A stretch of 64,000 bases of DNA. It comes from Hormiphora californensis (lineage: Eukaryota; Animalia; Ctenophora). The DNA lies in NCBI GenBank assembly GCA_020137815.1, contig CM035352.1:8184001-8248000 (forward strand). Reading direction: 5' to 3'. The notes under the pieces were generated by a model that saw nothing but the letters and a program-made list of their open reading frames with translations, ran no database searches and was not told the DNA's origin. Positions 1 to 12,254 of this stretch are shown in pieces (position 1 is the first letter of the stretch; each line of letters opens with the position of its first letter). A program made the translations under genes and the position numbers.

Positions 1-837
1 TCTGAAAAGGAAAATTATTATTTGAACTTTAATATTAAATTAACTGACTGAACCACCAAATTGTATAACCGGTCAATGTTTAGTTCTCTTCCTCAAAATT
101 TATAGTTTGTTGTTAGTTATGTGGTTCTTCCTCTTATATGGTTATAAAAGTAGGAATTTAATATATATGGTGGCCGGTTGGAGGAGACTGAGAGTATAAC
201 ATTTTAGAAAGGAAGGAAGTTATGATCACCAATTTCAACTTTGGAATTTTGCTAGGTCGAGAAGTACTTGGGGAGAATCGTGATCGAGGGACGATAACAA
301 ATAATAAGCAAACTTTTGAAAGTAAAGGTTGCAGAATGCAGTGTCAGTATTCTATTTCTTCTGTTGAATGAGTTACTAATGAAATGAATGAAAGAAAAGA
401 GTTCTCAAATGCCTTTTCTCCCAAGATTAGGTCTAGGGATTGGTACACCCGAATATGGGCAGTCTGGAGCAATGCCAGCGAGACAAGTATTATATAGTTA
501 TCGATTTGGAGGGAGATTGGAGCATTTCGTTCCCGTGGGAAACTCGTTCTGCGAATCTGTCACTTATCCAATCTGTCATTATCATCCCCGCATTTATTTC
601 TCACTCTACCTCTCTAGAAAGAGAGAGATAGAGAGAGGGAGAAAGTGAACACGTTGTTGAAATTCTTCTAACCCTTTCCACGGCGTGAAATGGAAAAGAA
701 GTGTGGGGTTGTCTCCTAGTAACCACACGTAGTCATCACAAAAACACAAAGATCTACTTACCAAATCTATCAAACACATGGGAGTAGGGAACTAGAATGA
801 GTGAGGGATGAGATTAGCAGGAAAATTGATGTGGTAG

Positions 838-912
838 TTGGGTGGTACCCTTGTTGGGGCAACTCTTCGAAAAGCTGGGAAGCAGAGTTGTCCCAACAAG
901 GGTACCACCCAA
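838..912. repeat. Isolated hairpin: 29-bp arms, 17-nt loop
   Basis: ttgggtggtacccttgttggggcaactct (838-866) pairs with agagttgtcccaacaagggtaccacccaa (884-912), with one G-T pair. Confidence 0.85.
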
Positions 913-1828
913 TGGGCCCGGGGCACTTGCCAGTGCTATGACTACCACAGGGAACTAGAAACACAAATCTAGTCAGTAAGTCAGATTAGCAGGGATAATA
1001 TTTCACACTTTATTAGGAATTTCAAAAGGGAGGTTTTGCTTTTGCTCAGTAAAATATACTACATTTTGGGTTTTGTCAGAGCTACATGCTTTATGTGACC
1101 AAGACCCATTAGTAACATAATGTATTAGCCTCCATCTCCCTGCCCCCAAAACCTCTTCCATATTCGGGGTGCACATTTTGCTGTAATAAATGTCTACACG
1201 CGACACGGGAAAGGGAAAGAGGGAAAGGGGAGAGTGACCGCTACTGCAGAGGGAGACAGGGAGAGGCAGGGAGAGGAAGACAGAAACAGGGGCGTTAGTA
1301 GATGGAAGGGGGGCAAGAAAAAGCTCAAACCTCTCAGTTAGAAAAAGTGTACAAATCTGTATGACAGCAACAACTCATCTTTCTCATTGAACTTTGAGCA
1401 GCTGCTGCAGTGCTTCAACTTATTTTTAGACAGGTCCAACAGAAGGTTGGTTTGTCTGTTTGTTGTCTCGTAGAATCAAATGTCCGTTAGCGGGGATCTC
1501 TGTCACACATCTCGAGCTATGTAATATCATGATGGGACATGATTTCTAATATGTGTGTACTTGAAACAGGTGTCTCCTCTAAATACTCTTTATCTTAGCC
1601 CCCGTTAATTTCTCTTTTTCATTTCTATACCATTTCTCTTTTATTTCTCTTTCATAATTCATTTCTCTTTCATTTCTCTCTAGTCTCTCGTTTCTCTTTC
1701 ATTTCTCTTTCTATTCATTCTTATCAAGATCTTCTCGATATAATGTTATAATTTCTTAATATCTCACACATATTCGCATCTTGTCCCAGCCGATTATTCT
1801 GTCACTTTTTACTAAACGCATGCCATCA

Positions 1829-2558
1829 TCTCTATTATAAGTTGGAGATGAACGTCGTCTAAGAAGCGTGCAACACTAGCGTGCAACAATTTGCTCCATT
1901 TGCCCGTGCGAATCAAGGGGTTGTTATGGTGGGTGGGCAAGGGTGTGAATACTGCACGTGCATGTTGTTGGATTTTATGTTGCGTGTTCCTGCGGTGTTT
2001 TGTGGTGTTTTGCCATCTACTACTGCTGCCCCAATGATTGCCAAAGCTTCACTACCTACGTACCCCCGATAATTACTCTACACAGCTACAATTCTACGGA
2101 TGTTCATCACCTAATTCGACACGTTTCAAGCGGCCCTCTTCTGATCACCCTTGATGTTCATCACCATCCCTTATACCACTCTACCAACCCCGACATCGAC
2201 ATGATGAAGAGATGGAGTGAGAGAGGATTCAATAATGCATGCCGATAGGAGTCAGTAGGGGGCGGAGGATTCAACAGGGGGGGGTAAGGATTCAATAGCG
2301 GGTGGGGTAATGATTCAATAGGGGTGAGGGGAGTCAAAAGAGCCGGGGGAGTGAGGAATGAGGATTCAATAATGTGGGGGCGACAGGAGTCAATAGGGGG
2401 CGAGGAGAGTCATTAGGGGGTGATGAGAGTCAATAAGCCATAGAGCTTTACTTTTGCTAGGGTATCAATGGGATTAGGGTGCAGGGAGGGGTGGGAGGTG
2501 TTGAGAAGAGTCAATAGAGTGTGAGAGGAGTTTTTTGGTCTTTGCCTGGGCTCTCTAG
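1829..2558 (+). mobile_element. Non-autonomous Helitron (~730 bp)
   Basis: Begins TCTCTATTATAA after an A and ends CTCTCTAG before a T, with no TSD. The whole segment is absent at the homologous site in copy 3 (gccatca|atccttatatg, 14509/14510). Confidence 0.8.
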
Positions 2559-3405
2559 TTCCTTATATGTAGAACACTGAACACTGTTCAGTGAACACAT
2601 ATCCAGTCATGTCAGAGATATTATACTTGTCTTAAATATTATATGCATACATCTCTTCTCTCATTTTTCTCAATCTGATTGTGAATGTATTGATTTGAGA
2701 ATTCTTCCTGGAGCTGGTAACAATAGCACTCACTCTCTCAGCAGCAGCAGCACAGTCGACAGACAAACAAATTGAGAAGAAGGGGTAAGGGAGAAAAGGG
2801 GAGATAGAAAGGGAGAGGGAGATAGAATGGGAGAGAATGGGGAGATAGAAAGGGAGAGAAAGGGGGAGAATAGAAAAGGGAGAGAATGTGAGAAGAAGAG
2901 AAAAGTGAGATGCGAGAGCGGGGGAGGCAATTAGGGAGTACAAAGCGATAGGGAGTGTAGAACTGGGATCATACGGCAACAACACGGGGTGGTCAGGCGA
3001 GCAGGATTTCTACCCTGCCCCGCGTGCCCTCGGCGCCTCGGGCTCTATGTGGCAGGCCCAGGCCGCGCACCGTGGCGCTCCCCCGCGAGCGACCCGGTGG
3101 AACGCTCCCGCGCCTCCTGGATTTGTCGCCTCAGCCTTTCCCCTCCTCTGCTCGGGCGGCTGTTCTGCGCATGCGCGCGAGCGACTAGATAATGGAGAGA
3201 GAACTGCTATACACTGACTAAAAGATGGATACAAGATTGAAAGCGTGCGTGTGTGTACTTGTACTTTGTACAGAGTTGTATAGGGGTGGAGATAATTATT
3301 TCTTTTCAGGAGATCTTTTTACTAGCAGCCCCAACACCAATTGTGTACCTCAACCATCCCCCCCCTCGGCCCTCACCCCCCCCCTCTCAACACCAATTGT
3401 GTTAA

Positions 3406-4151
3406 CAGGGCCCACGACACCGGGGGGGCCAGGGGGGGCCGGGCCCCCCCTGGGATTTACCAAACATGGGAATTTTATTGAAATATTTCGTAGAGAATGT
3501 AAAAAATGCATGAAAATCAATTGAAATTCTAAATTTTCGGGGGCTTCGCCCCCTCCAAGGCATATATGTACAGGTTCTACGTGCCTCAAATGAGTGAAAA
3601 TCGGTTAAAAAGTCTAAATTTTCACCCCTTGACCCCATTAGGAGCCTGCGGCCTACAAACCCCCTGCCACTGCTCCTCCGGCGCCCCCTTCGAGACATAC
3701 AGGTTCTACGTAAACAGAAAGAAGGTGGAGATGGACTTCTAAATGCCTAAAATGTGTGAAAATCGGATAAAAAGTCTAAAATTTTTCCGGGGGCTTCGCC
3801 CCCTAGACCCCATAGGGAGCCTGAGGCCTCCAAACCCCCTGCCACTGCTCCTCCGGCGCCCCCTTCGAGACATACAGGTTCTACGTAAACAGAAAGAAGG
3901 TGGAGATGGACTTCTAAATGCCTAAAATGTGTGAAAATCGGATAAAAAGTCTAAAATTTTTCCGGGGGCTTCGCCCCCTAGACCCCCACCAGGGGCTTCA
4001 CCCCTGGACCCCATTGGGGGCCTGCGGCCCCCAAACCCACTGCCGCTGCTCCTCCGGCGCCGCTTCGCGGCACCGTCGTCGCGTGTGCATCTCAAAAATT
4101 CCGGTGCTCCGCACCGGCCCCCCCTGGAAAAATTCCGTGTCGTGGGCCCTG
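3406..4151. mobile_element. MITE with TIR CAGGGCCCACGACAC and an internal ~175-bp duplication
   Basis: cagggcccacgacac...gtgtcgtgggccctg. Absent from copy 3. No clean TSD. A noisy second copy lies at ~10931-11667. Confidence 0.7.
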
Positions 4152-4152
4152 C

Positions 4153-4316
4153 AGTGTAAAGTCCATTTTTTTTCAACTGTTCACCCAAAATTGAAATTTC
4201 AGTGAAATTTAGAATTTTCGTGGTGCGCGCTACACTTTAACATGTGATAGATGCGCAAAACAATTCCGCACACGACTTTGGGGGGTGAACAGTTGAAAAA
4301 AAATGGAGTATACCCT
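4153..4316. mobile_element. Small MITE with ~34-bp imperfect TIRs
   Basis: tccattttttttcaactgttcaccc and gggtgaacagttgaaaaaaaatgga are inverted copies. Absent from copy 3. Confidence 0.6.
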
Positions 4317-4538
4317 CAACCCCCCCCCCCCCCTCACCCGCTGACACAAAAGATACAAACATGCCTTTATCGACCCTCTATCTCACCGCACCCCACGTTG
4401 CCTTTATCGACCCTCTATCTCACCGCACCCCACGCACCCAAACTATAGGGACACTATGATTTGTATTGAGGGTTTCCTTGCTCGACCCTGTTTCACCGCA
4501 CCCCGGTAAATGAGGGTTAGAAATGAGGGGGAGCCTAC

Positions 4539-7500
4539 CTCTGACTGAGAGTCTCCGTGTGTTAATTATCTTGGCTGCGAAGTCTTTAGATTGTTGTTTG
4601 TGTGTACATCGTCGTACCACACTGAACGCCCCCCTGAGAGAAATATATGTGTATCAGTGGACTAGAACGCTGTGGTACTTGGGTTAGATACTCTGAGATA
4701 TACTACACACTTCACACGTGGGTTAGATACCCTGTATACCAGGAGATATACGCAGCAGGATTTTCTGATGAACCTGATGGAAACTGTACGGGACGACATA
4801 CTACGGGAGGTAAAACTGTCCCTGGACTCAATGAGACAGGAATTCCAGGGCTACACTCCACCACGGCCCCAATATCTTCCCCTCAGCCAGCCCTGTGCAA
4901 CAACTCCAATGCTATTCCCAGGAGCACTGGAAAGATTTCGAAATTACTCAGTATCAACGCCCGTAGTTTAACCCCTTCTGCGGGTAGCGAATGTAAGTGG
5001 AAGCTTCCCTATCTCAGGGACACCTTACAGAATTCTTCACACCCCATACTATGCACTGCTATAACTGAAACTTGGTGGAGTGATGCATTTAGTGATGCTC
5101 AGTTGAACATTGAAGGTTTCCACCTCATCAGGAGTGACCGTGATGGTAGAAGAGGTGGGGGTGTTGCCCTCTATGTAAACAGCCAACTTCCTATCTCACT
5201 CGACTACCGTTACTCTGATTCCTCCAGCAGTGCAGCTATCGTGTACATTAAAGAAAGCCACTCCATTCTAGGCGTGGTTTATCGTGCACCAAATGCTCCA
5301 ATTGCCGATCTTCTCAACGGTGTGTCCCAATTCATCGACAGTTGTGGCGCTGACAACGTCTCACCGGACATTTTCTTAACAGGGGACTTTAATATGCCTG
5401 GCATCAACTGGGTGTCCATGGAAGCCCCTGATACTGCATCCCGGAACCTGCTCGACTTCTCAGCCTCTCATTTCCTAACTCAAATTGTCGATGGTCCAAC
5501 CAGAGGATCCAATACCCTGGACCTTGTTTTGACTAACAGACCTGATTATGTCATAGATACCAATGTATCAGATCCAAACTTTTCCGATCACCAAATGGTA
5601 ACATGTACTCTTGGGTTTGGTATCAAGTCCCAGCCAGTTCGTGACTCCAATCTTGAGGATTTTCTTGCATTCAATTTTCATGAAGCGGACTTCCCATCAA
5701 TGCGTAACGAGCTAAACCTTATCGACTGGGATGCTCTTGCTGATATCTGTAAAGACAGGGACGGATCAGATTTTGTCCAACTTTTCAATTTGACCATCTT
5801 GCAGGTCTTGTCTCATCACTCCAAGAGGAAAAAGAAAGCGGGAAACAAACGTCGTGATCCTATTTTGAGACGCCTGAAAATCAAGCAGAGAAGTCTCAAC
5901 AAACGTTTGTCTATCGCTCGGCAACACACTACTCCAAATCTATCACAACTTGAAATTAGTGTTGCCAGGGTCACGCTGAGGATAATGGCCCACATCTCAC
6001 AGCGGTTGGATGATGAGGAACAGGGGGCTTTGGATAAAATCAAGTCAAATCCGAAGTTTTTCTGGTCCTATGCAAATCGAAAGCGTAAAATGCGTTCACG
6101 GATTCCACCACTTTTACGAGAGGATGGATCACTAACGGATGAAGCTTCTGAAAAGGCCGAGTTATTCCAGTCCCAATTCACTTCTGTATTTAGCTCCCCT
6201 TCTACATCCCCTTCAGCTGCAGCCTCATCTATATCGCCATCAACGTCCAGTATTTCAGACATATTGTTCTCTCCATCGGACATTGAGAAGGCGTTAGCCG
6301 ATCTGAACCCTTACTCCGCAGGCCCACCAGGGGATATTCCCGCCAGAATTCTACGTGACTGTCGGTCATCTCTATCATACCCTTTGTATATCCTGTGGTG
6401 TAAATCATTCAACTCAGGTGCAGTTCCTACGTACCTGAAGCAGCAGTTCATATCACCCCTCTACAAAAAGGGTTCTAAGTCATGTGCTGCAAACTATCGG
6501 CCAATTTCATTGACCAGTCACATTACTAAAACTTTCGAAAGAGTTGTTCGTTCCCAACTTGTATCGTATTTTGAGTCAGAAAATCTTTTTAATGACTCTC
6601 AACATGGATTCAGAAGTAAGCGGAGCTGTCTTTCGCAACTCACTCGTCATATTGACAACCTACTGAACAATCTCAATGGTCTCCTCGAGGTAGATGTTAT
6701 CTACCTCGATTTTGAGAAGGCATTTGATAAGGTGGACATTGGCATTCTATTGGAAAAACTCCAGAAATATGGTGTCAAGGGCAGACTTTTATCTTGGCTA
6801 AGTAGTTTCCTTACCGATCGGATGCAAACTGTTATGGTCGACGGTGTCCCTTCCTCTTTCGCTCAAGTGATTAGTGGTGTACCCCAAGGGACAGTTCTAG
6901 GCCCAATCCTATTTCTCATATATGTGATCGACCTAGATTCTGTAGTCAAACACGGCTCGTCCTTGTCGTTTGCAGACGATACCAAAATCTTCTCTGCTAT
7001 ACGAACGCTACTGGATAAGGTCCTCCTTCAAGAGGATCTCAACAGCATCATTTCTTGGGCAGATATCAACAATATGTCGCTCCACCAAGCAAAGTTTGAA
7101 GTGATGAACTATACACTAAATCACACATCATCTCTCAGGGAAATGCCCTTTAGTGCCGAGAACTATACATATCATCTTTCAGACGGTAGAGCTATTATCC
7201 CTTCCCGTACCGTTCGTGATCTTGGCGTTCTTCTCTCCTCCGACGGTTCATGGTCAGCCCAGATATCTCGTGTAATATCAGAGGCGAGACGTATTGCTGG
7301 CTGGACCCTCAGTGCATTCAGGTCCCGTTCTCGGAGCACCATGGTTACCCTCTACAAATCCCTGGTGCGTCCACACCTGGACTACTGTTGTACTCTTTGG
7401 TCCCCCACCAAGATTGGCGATATCAGTCGTTTAGAGGATATTCAACGTGCTTTTACTCGTAAAATCGCCGGCCTTAAAGGCCTGGACTACTGGCAGAGAC

Positions 7501-8796
7501 TCCGATCCCTGTGTCTACTGTCACTTCAAAGACGTCGTGAGAGATACACTATGATAATGGTCTGGAAAATATACAATGGTGAATCACCAAACACCACCAA
7601 CATGGGCTTTGTGGAGAGCCCCCGTTCTGGACCAAGAGCAATCGTTCCCAGATATTCTTATGAAGCTCAACGATCAAATCTCACCATGTTTGAGGGTTCT
7701 TTTGCAGTTAAGGGCCCCCAACTGTGGAACACTCTACCACGACATGTTAAGGAGGCACCGACACTTTCCCATTTTAAATCACGCCTGGGTGTCTACCTTT
7801 GTTTCATCCCTGATACTCCACCTATTATCGGGTATCCATCTCAATCGAACAACAACTCTATCCTGCAGTGGCGTCCTGATCAATTCCAATCTTGATGAAT
7901 GTTGTTTGTTGCTGAGCTGGTGTGTTATTAATGACTAATGAGGAGGTTTATTTTTTTAAATATCCTGTGTATTTGTGCGCAAATTATTTGAATTGAATTG
8001 AGATATATACCTAACATTATCAAGCTGAAACACAAGCAGAATTATGCAATTATAGGTAGCCGATACAGTGTAATAGTAAGGGACACATGTCAGGTATAAC
8101 TGCACTGAACGGAGCACATTGTATTGTGATAGATATGTCATAAATATTATTATAAACCATAGCGGGTAAATAAACGCCTGCTAAAGCTTGTAAATAATCC
8201 TTGCTTATTTATACCACACACCACCATCCCTGCTTTGCAGGTCGGACAGTGTAGCGAATCACCCTGACCCGGGTGACCCGCTACATGTAAACTCGGGTTT
8301 GTTATCTTTGTCAAAATGTGCTTTGGCCTTCGTCTGTTGCTCAAAGAGAGCATAATAAACAGCTCAACTTCAAAGTCCCTCTCAAACGTACCAGAAGCCC
8401 AAACCATGGGACCCTTTCTCTCCCAGGTAGCAGAGAGAAAGGGAATCAGAGCCATAGTTACCACATAACCGGGTTGGTATGGAGGTTTGCTGAGCGTACT
8501 TCATGGTTTAGTAACAACAAACAAAGTACAAACTATGAACAATCAGCATACTTTGCTTCTGGAGCACGGATCTGGCAGTATTCACGAGTAAAAATTTCTA
8601 AATTTCTTCCCTTCAAGGCACTACTGTAGTGTAAAGAGGTGTTTTCGTCGAAAACGCCCCTTTACACAAAAACTTTTCGTCCTGACTTAGAGCGATTGTG
8701 TGAAACTCTACAAGTTTTAAAAGTTAGCTAGTCGGTTTTGCGGTATACTCACTTCCCGATTTCTTCTTTCATGTCATAAATATCGTAGAACCTCAT
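4539..8796 (-). CDS. CAMK2: CaMKII (Ca2+/calmodulin-dependent protein kinase II), exons 1-2, copy 1. The rest of the gene is not found in the window.
   Basis: Exon 1, 8796-8753: MRFYDIYDMKEEIGK, phase-2 GT donor. Exon 2, 4633-4539 (95 nt): GAFSVVRRCTHKQQSKDFAAKIINTRRLSVR, matching CaMKII GKGAFSVVRRC...FAAKIINTKKLSAR. Not in the ORF track. Confidence 0.9.
4647..7895 (+). CDS. LINE ORF2: apurinic-like endonuclease plus reverse transcriptase (1082 aa as read from a flank ATG)
   Basis: APE motifs SINARSL, AITETW, GGGVALY, TGDFN, LDLVLTN, SDH. RT motifs NYRPISL, QHGFR, YLDFEKAFDKV, SGVPQGTVLGP, FADD, RDLGV. No stops. Confidence 0.93.
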   Translation: MCISGLERCGTWVRYSEIYYTLHTWVRYPVYQEIYAAGFSDEPDGNCTGRHTTGGKTVPGLNETGIPGLHSTTAPISSPQPALCNNSNAIPRSTGKISKLLSINARSLTPSAGSECKWKLPYLRDTLQNSSHPILCTAITETWWSDAFSDAQLNIEGFHLIRSDRDGRRGGGVALYVNSQLPISLDYRYSDSSSSAAIVYIKESHSILGVVYRAPNAPIADLLNGVSQFIDSCGADNVSPDIFLTGDFNMPGINWVSMEAPDTASRNLLDFSASHFLTQIVDGPTRGSNTLDLVLTNRPDYVIDTNVSDPNFSDHQMVTCTLGFGIKSQPVRDSNLEDFLAFNFHEADFPSMRNELNLIDWDALADICKDRDGSDFVQLFNLTILQVLSHHSKRKKKAGNKRRDPILRRLKIKQRSLNKRLSIARQHTTPNLSQLEISVARVTLRIMAHISQRLDDEEQGALDKIKSNPKFFWSYANRKRKMRSRIPPLLREDGSLTDEASEKAELFQSQFTSVFSSPSTSPSAAASSISPSTSSISDILFSPSDIEKALADLNPYSAGPPGDIPARILRDCRSSLSYPLYILWCKSFNSGAVPTYLKQQFISPLYKKGSKSCAANYRPISLTSHITKTFERVVRSQLVSYFESENLFNDSQHGFRSKRSCLSQLTRHIDNLLNNLNGLLEVDVIYLDFEKAFDKVDIGILLEKLQKYGVKGRLLSWLSSFLTDRMQTVMVDGVPSSFAQVISGVPQGTVLGPILFLIYVIDLDSVVKHGSSLSFADDTKIFSAIRTLLDKVLLQEDLNSIISWADINNMSLHQAKFEVMNYTLNHTSSLREMPFSAENYTYHLSDGRAIIPSRTVRDLGVLLSSDGSWSAQISRVISEARRIAGWTLSAFRSRSRSTMVTLYKSLVRPHLDYCCTLWSPTKIGDISRLEDIQRAFTRKIAGLKGLDYWQRLRSLCLLSLQRRRERYTMIMVWKIYNGESPNTTNMGFVESPRSGPRAIVPRYSYEAQRSNLTMFEGSFAVKGPQLWNTLPRHVKEAPTLSHFKSRLGVYLCFIPDTPPIIGYPSQSNNNSILQWRPDQFQS
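4751..7999 (+). mobile_element. 5'-truncated non-LTR retrotransposon (CR1/L2 group), antisense in CaMKII intron 1
   Basis: 8-bp TSD gagatata at 4743-4750 and 8000-8007. Empty site at 18735-18742. Short (TTGAA)n tail. Encodes APE and RT. Confidence 0.92.
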
Positions 8797-9348
8797 CCTT
8801 CTAAAAGTAACGATTAATATTAACGTGAGGAGAGTACAAATTGTTCAAAGAGGACGAAAAAGTAAAAACCGTATTTTGAAAATCCTAAAACCGAAGTTTC
8901 AAAATTCTGGAGTTCTGTCCAAACAAATAAAAATTTATTTTGAATTTTAATCGCGCGCACGCGCAAACACTTGTTACGTCGTAAATATTTTATATGCACC
9001 ACAGCCACAAATAAAACCGCGAATGTTGTACATTGTACAAACTCTTGATGGAGCAGTAAAACAATGCATTCACACAGTGGAGTGGATAGATGCAGCATGT
9101 CTCTCATCGAGTGTGAAGGCAATCGAGTGTCTCCTAAATTGGCACGTATTCGTAAATTTTCAAGTTTGTTTTTATGTATCGAGTTATATATCGTTGAATT
9201 TGTCTTGGTCTACTGATCACAAAAACATGTGTATTTTCTGTCTACTATGAGCGGTTCGCTAATTACGCCAATTAGTTAATTAGCTACCCCTTGTCAGCGC
9301 CCCTCGCGCGGACGTCGTACGCGCTATAATAGCGCCGCGCCAAGCATG

Positions 9349-10078
9349 TCTCTAGTTATAAGTTGGAGATGAACGTCGTCTAAGAAGCGTGCAACACTAG
9401 CGTGCAACAATTTGCTCCATTTGCCCGTGCGAATCAAGGGGTTGTTATGGTGGTGGGCAAGGGTGTGAATACTCTGCACGTGCATGTTGGTTGGATTTTA
9501 TGTTGCGTGTTCCTGCGTGTTTTGTGGTGTTTTGCCATCTACTACTGCTGCCCCATGATTGCCAAAGCTTCACTACCACTTACCCCCCGATACTTACATC
9601 TACACAGCTACAATTCTACGGATGTTCATCACCTAATTCGACACGTTTCAAGCGGCCCCTCTTCTGATCACCCTTGATGTTCATCACCATCCCTTATACC
9701 ACTCTAACCAACCCCGACATCGACATGATGAAGAGATGGAGTGAGAGAGGATTCAATAATGCATGCCGATAGGAGTCAGTAGGGGGCGGAGGATTCAACA
9801 GGGGGGGGTAAGGATTCAATAGCGGGTGGGGTAATGATTCAATAGGGTGGAGGGAGTCAAAAGAGCCGGGGAGTGAGGAATGAGGATTCAATAATGTGGG
9901 GGCGACAGGAGTCAATAGGGGCGAGGAGAGTCATTAGGGGTGTGATAGAGTCAATAAGCCATAGAGCTTTACTTTTGCTAGGGTATCAATGGGATTAGGG
10001 TGCAGGAGGGGTGGGAGGTGTTTGAGAAGAGTCAATAGAGTGTGAGAGGAGTTTTTTGGTCTTTGCCTGGCTCTCTAG
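9349..10078 (+). mobile_element. Helitron, noisy second copy
   Basis: Near-identical to 1829-2558 with scattered indels. Confidence 0.75.
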
Positions 10079-12050
10079 TTCCTTATATGTAGAACACTGA
10101 ACACTGTTCATTGAACACATATCCAGTCATGTCGAGAATTATACTTGTCTTAAATATTATATGCATACACTCTTCTCTCATTTTTCTCAATCTGATTGTG
10201 AATGTATTGATTTGAGAATTCTTCCTGGAGCTGGTAACAATAGCACTCACTCTCAGCAGCACAGCTCGACAGACAAACAAATTGAGAAGAAGGGGTAAGG
10301 GAGAAAAGGGAATAGAAAGGGAGAGGGAGATAGAATGGGAGAGAATGGGGAGATAGAAAGGGAGAAAGGGGAGATAGAAAGGGAGAGAATGTGAGATAGA
10401 AAGAGAAAGTGAGAAGAGGAGACAGAGGGAGAATGGGAGAAAAAAGAATAAGGAGAGAGAGTGGAGAGAATGTAGATATACCATTCTCCCTTTGTCTCTC
10501 TCTCTTTTTTCTGCTCCCTTTCTCCCCTTTCTCTCCTTCTTCTCCCTTTTTTCGCTCTCTTTCTCGTCTCTCTCCCGCTCCGCTCCCTTTGTCTCTCTCT
10601 CCCTCTCTCTCCCTTTTGTGCTCTCTCTCCTCTTCGCTCCGTTTTTTTTTCTGTTCTCTCCCTTTTCCCACTCTCTCTCCCTCGCGCATCTCCCGTTCTC
10701 TCTCTCCCCTCCTTCTCTAATAATTTATACGAACGCATCTTCCGATCATCAACTAGCTGGGAGCGATTACCGCGTGCGTGTGTGTACTTGTACTTTGTCA
10801 GAGTTGTATGGGGGAGATAATTATTTCTTTTCAGGAGATCTTTTTACCTAGCACCCAACACCAATTGTGTACCTCACCATCCCCCCCCTCGGCCCTCACC
10901 CCCCCCCCTCTCAACACCAATTGTGTTTAACAGCCCCACGACACCGGGGGGGGCCAGGGGGGGCCGGGCCCCCCCTGGGATTTACCAAACATGGGAATTT
11001 TATTGAATATTTCGTAGAGAATGTAAAAATGCATGAAAACAATTGAAATTCTAAATTTTCGGGGGCTTCGCCCCCTCCAAGGCATATATGTACAGGTTCT
11101 ACGTGCCTCAAATGAGTGAAATCGGTTAAAAGTCTAAATTTTCACCCCTTGACCCCATTAGGAGCCTCTGCCTTACAAACCCCCTGCCACTGCTCCTCCG
11201 GCGCCCCTTCGAGACATACAGGTTCTACGTAAACAAAAGAAGGTGGAGATGGACTTCTAAATGCCTAAAATGTGGTGAAAATCGGATAAAAAGTCTAAAA
11301 TTTTTCCGGGGGCTTCGCCCCCTGACCCCATAGGAGCCTGAGCCTCCAAACCCCCCTGCCACTCTGCTCCTCCGGCGCCCCCTTCGAGACATACAGGTTC
11401 TACGTAAACAAAAGAAGGTGGAGGACTTCTAAATGCCTAAAATGTGTGAAAATCGGATAAAAAGTCTAAAATTTTTCCGGGGGCTTCGCCCCCTAGACCC
11501 CCCACCAGGGGCTTCAACCCCTGGACCCCATTGGGGGCCTGCGGCCCCCAAACCCACTGCCGCTGCTCCTCCGGCGCCGCTTCGCGGCACCGTCGTCGCG
11601 TGTGCATCTCAAAAATTCCGGTGCTCCGCACCGCCCCCCCTGGAAAAATTCCGTGTCGTGGGCCCTGCAGTGTAAAGTCCATTTTTTTTCAACTGTTCAC
11701 CCAAAATTGAAATTTCAGTGAAATTTATAAGAATTTTCGTGGTGCGCGCTACACTTTAACATGTGATAGATGCGCAAAACATTCCGCACACGACTTTGGG
11801 GGTGAACAGTTGAAAAAAATGGAGTATACCCTCAACCCCCCCCCCCCCTCACCCCGCTGACACAAAAGATACAAACATGCCTTTATCGACCCTCTATCTC
11901 ACCGCACCCCACGTTGCCTTTATCGACCCTCTATCTCACCGCACCCCACGCACCCAAACTATAGGGACACTATGTTTTGTATTGAGGGTTCCTTGCTCGA
12001 CCCTGTTTCACCGCACCCCGGTAATGAGGGTTAGAAATGAGGGGGACTAC

Positions 12051-12144
12051 CTCTGACTGAGAGTCTCCGTGTGTTATTATCTTTGGCTGCGAAGTCTTTA
12101 GATTGTTGTTTGTGTGTACATCGTCGTACCACACTGAACGCCCC
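12051..12144 (-). pseudogene. CAMK2: CaMKII exon 2, copy 2 (indel-damaged, probably read error)
   Basis: Homologous to 4539-4633 with single-base indels. Confidence 0.6.
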
Positions 12145-12254
12145 CTGAGAGAAATATTTGTATCAGTGGACTAGAACCGCTGTGGTATTGGGTGATACTC
12201 TGAGATATACACACTTCACACGTGGGTTAGATACCCTGTATACCAGGAGATATA

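Noticed and set aside
1003-1480. Possible minus-strand exons
   Set aside because: Open and exon-like, but no match to the expected CaMKII exon 3 (KLEREARICR) or any protein I recognise
2940-3220. GC-rich island unique to copy 1, and an inverted GA tract at 10480-10720 in copy 2
   Set aside because: Both replace a GA-rich tract seen in copy 3 and have no termini or credible ORF, so they are probably base-calling artefacts
9135-9348. CG-rich linker between copy 1 and copy 2
   Set aside because: It looks like garbled junction sequence with no supportable feature
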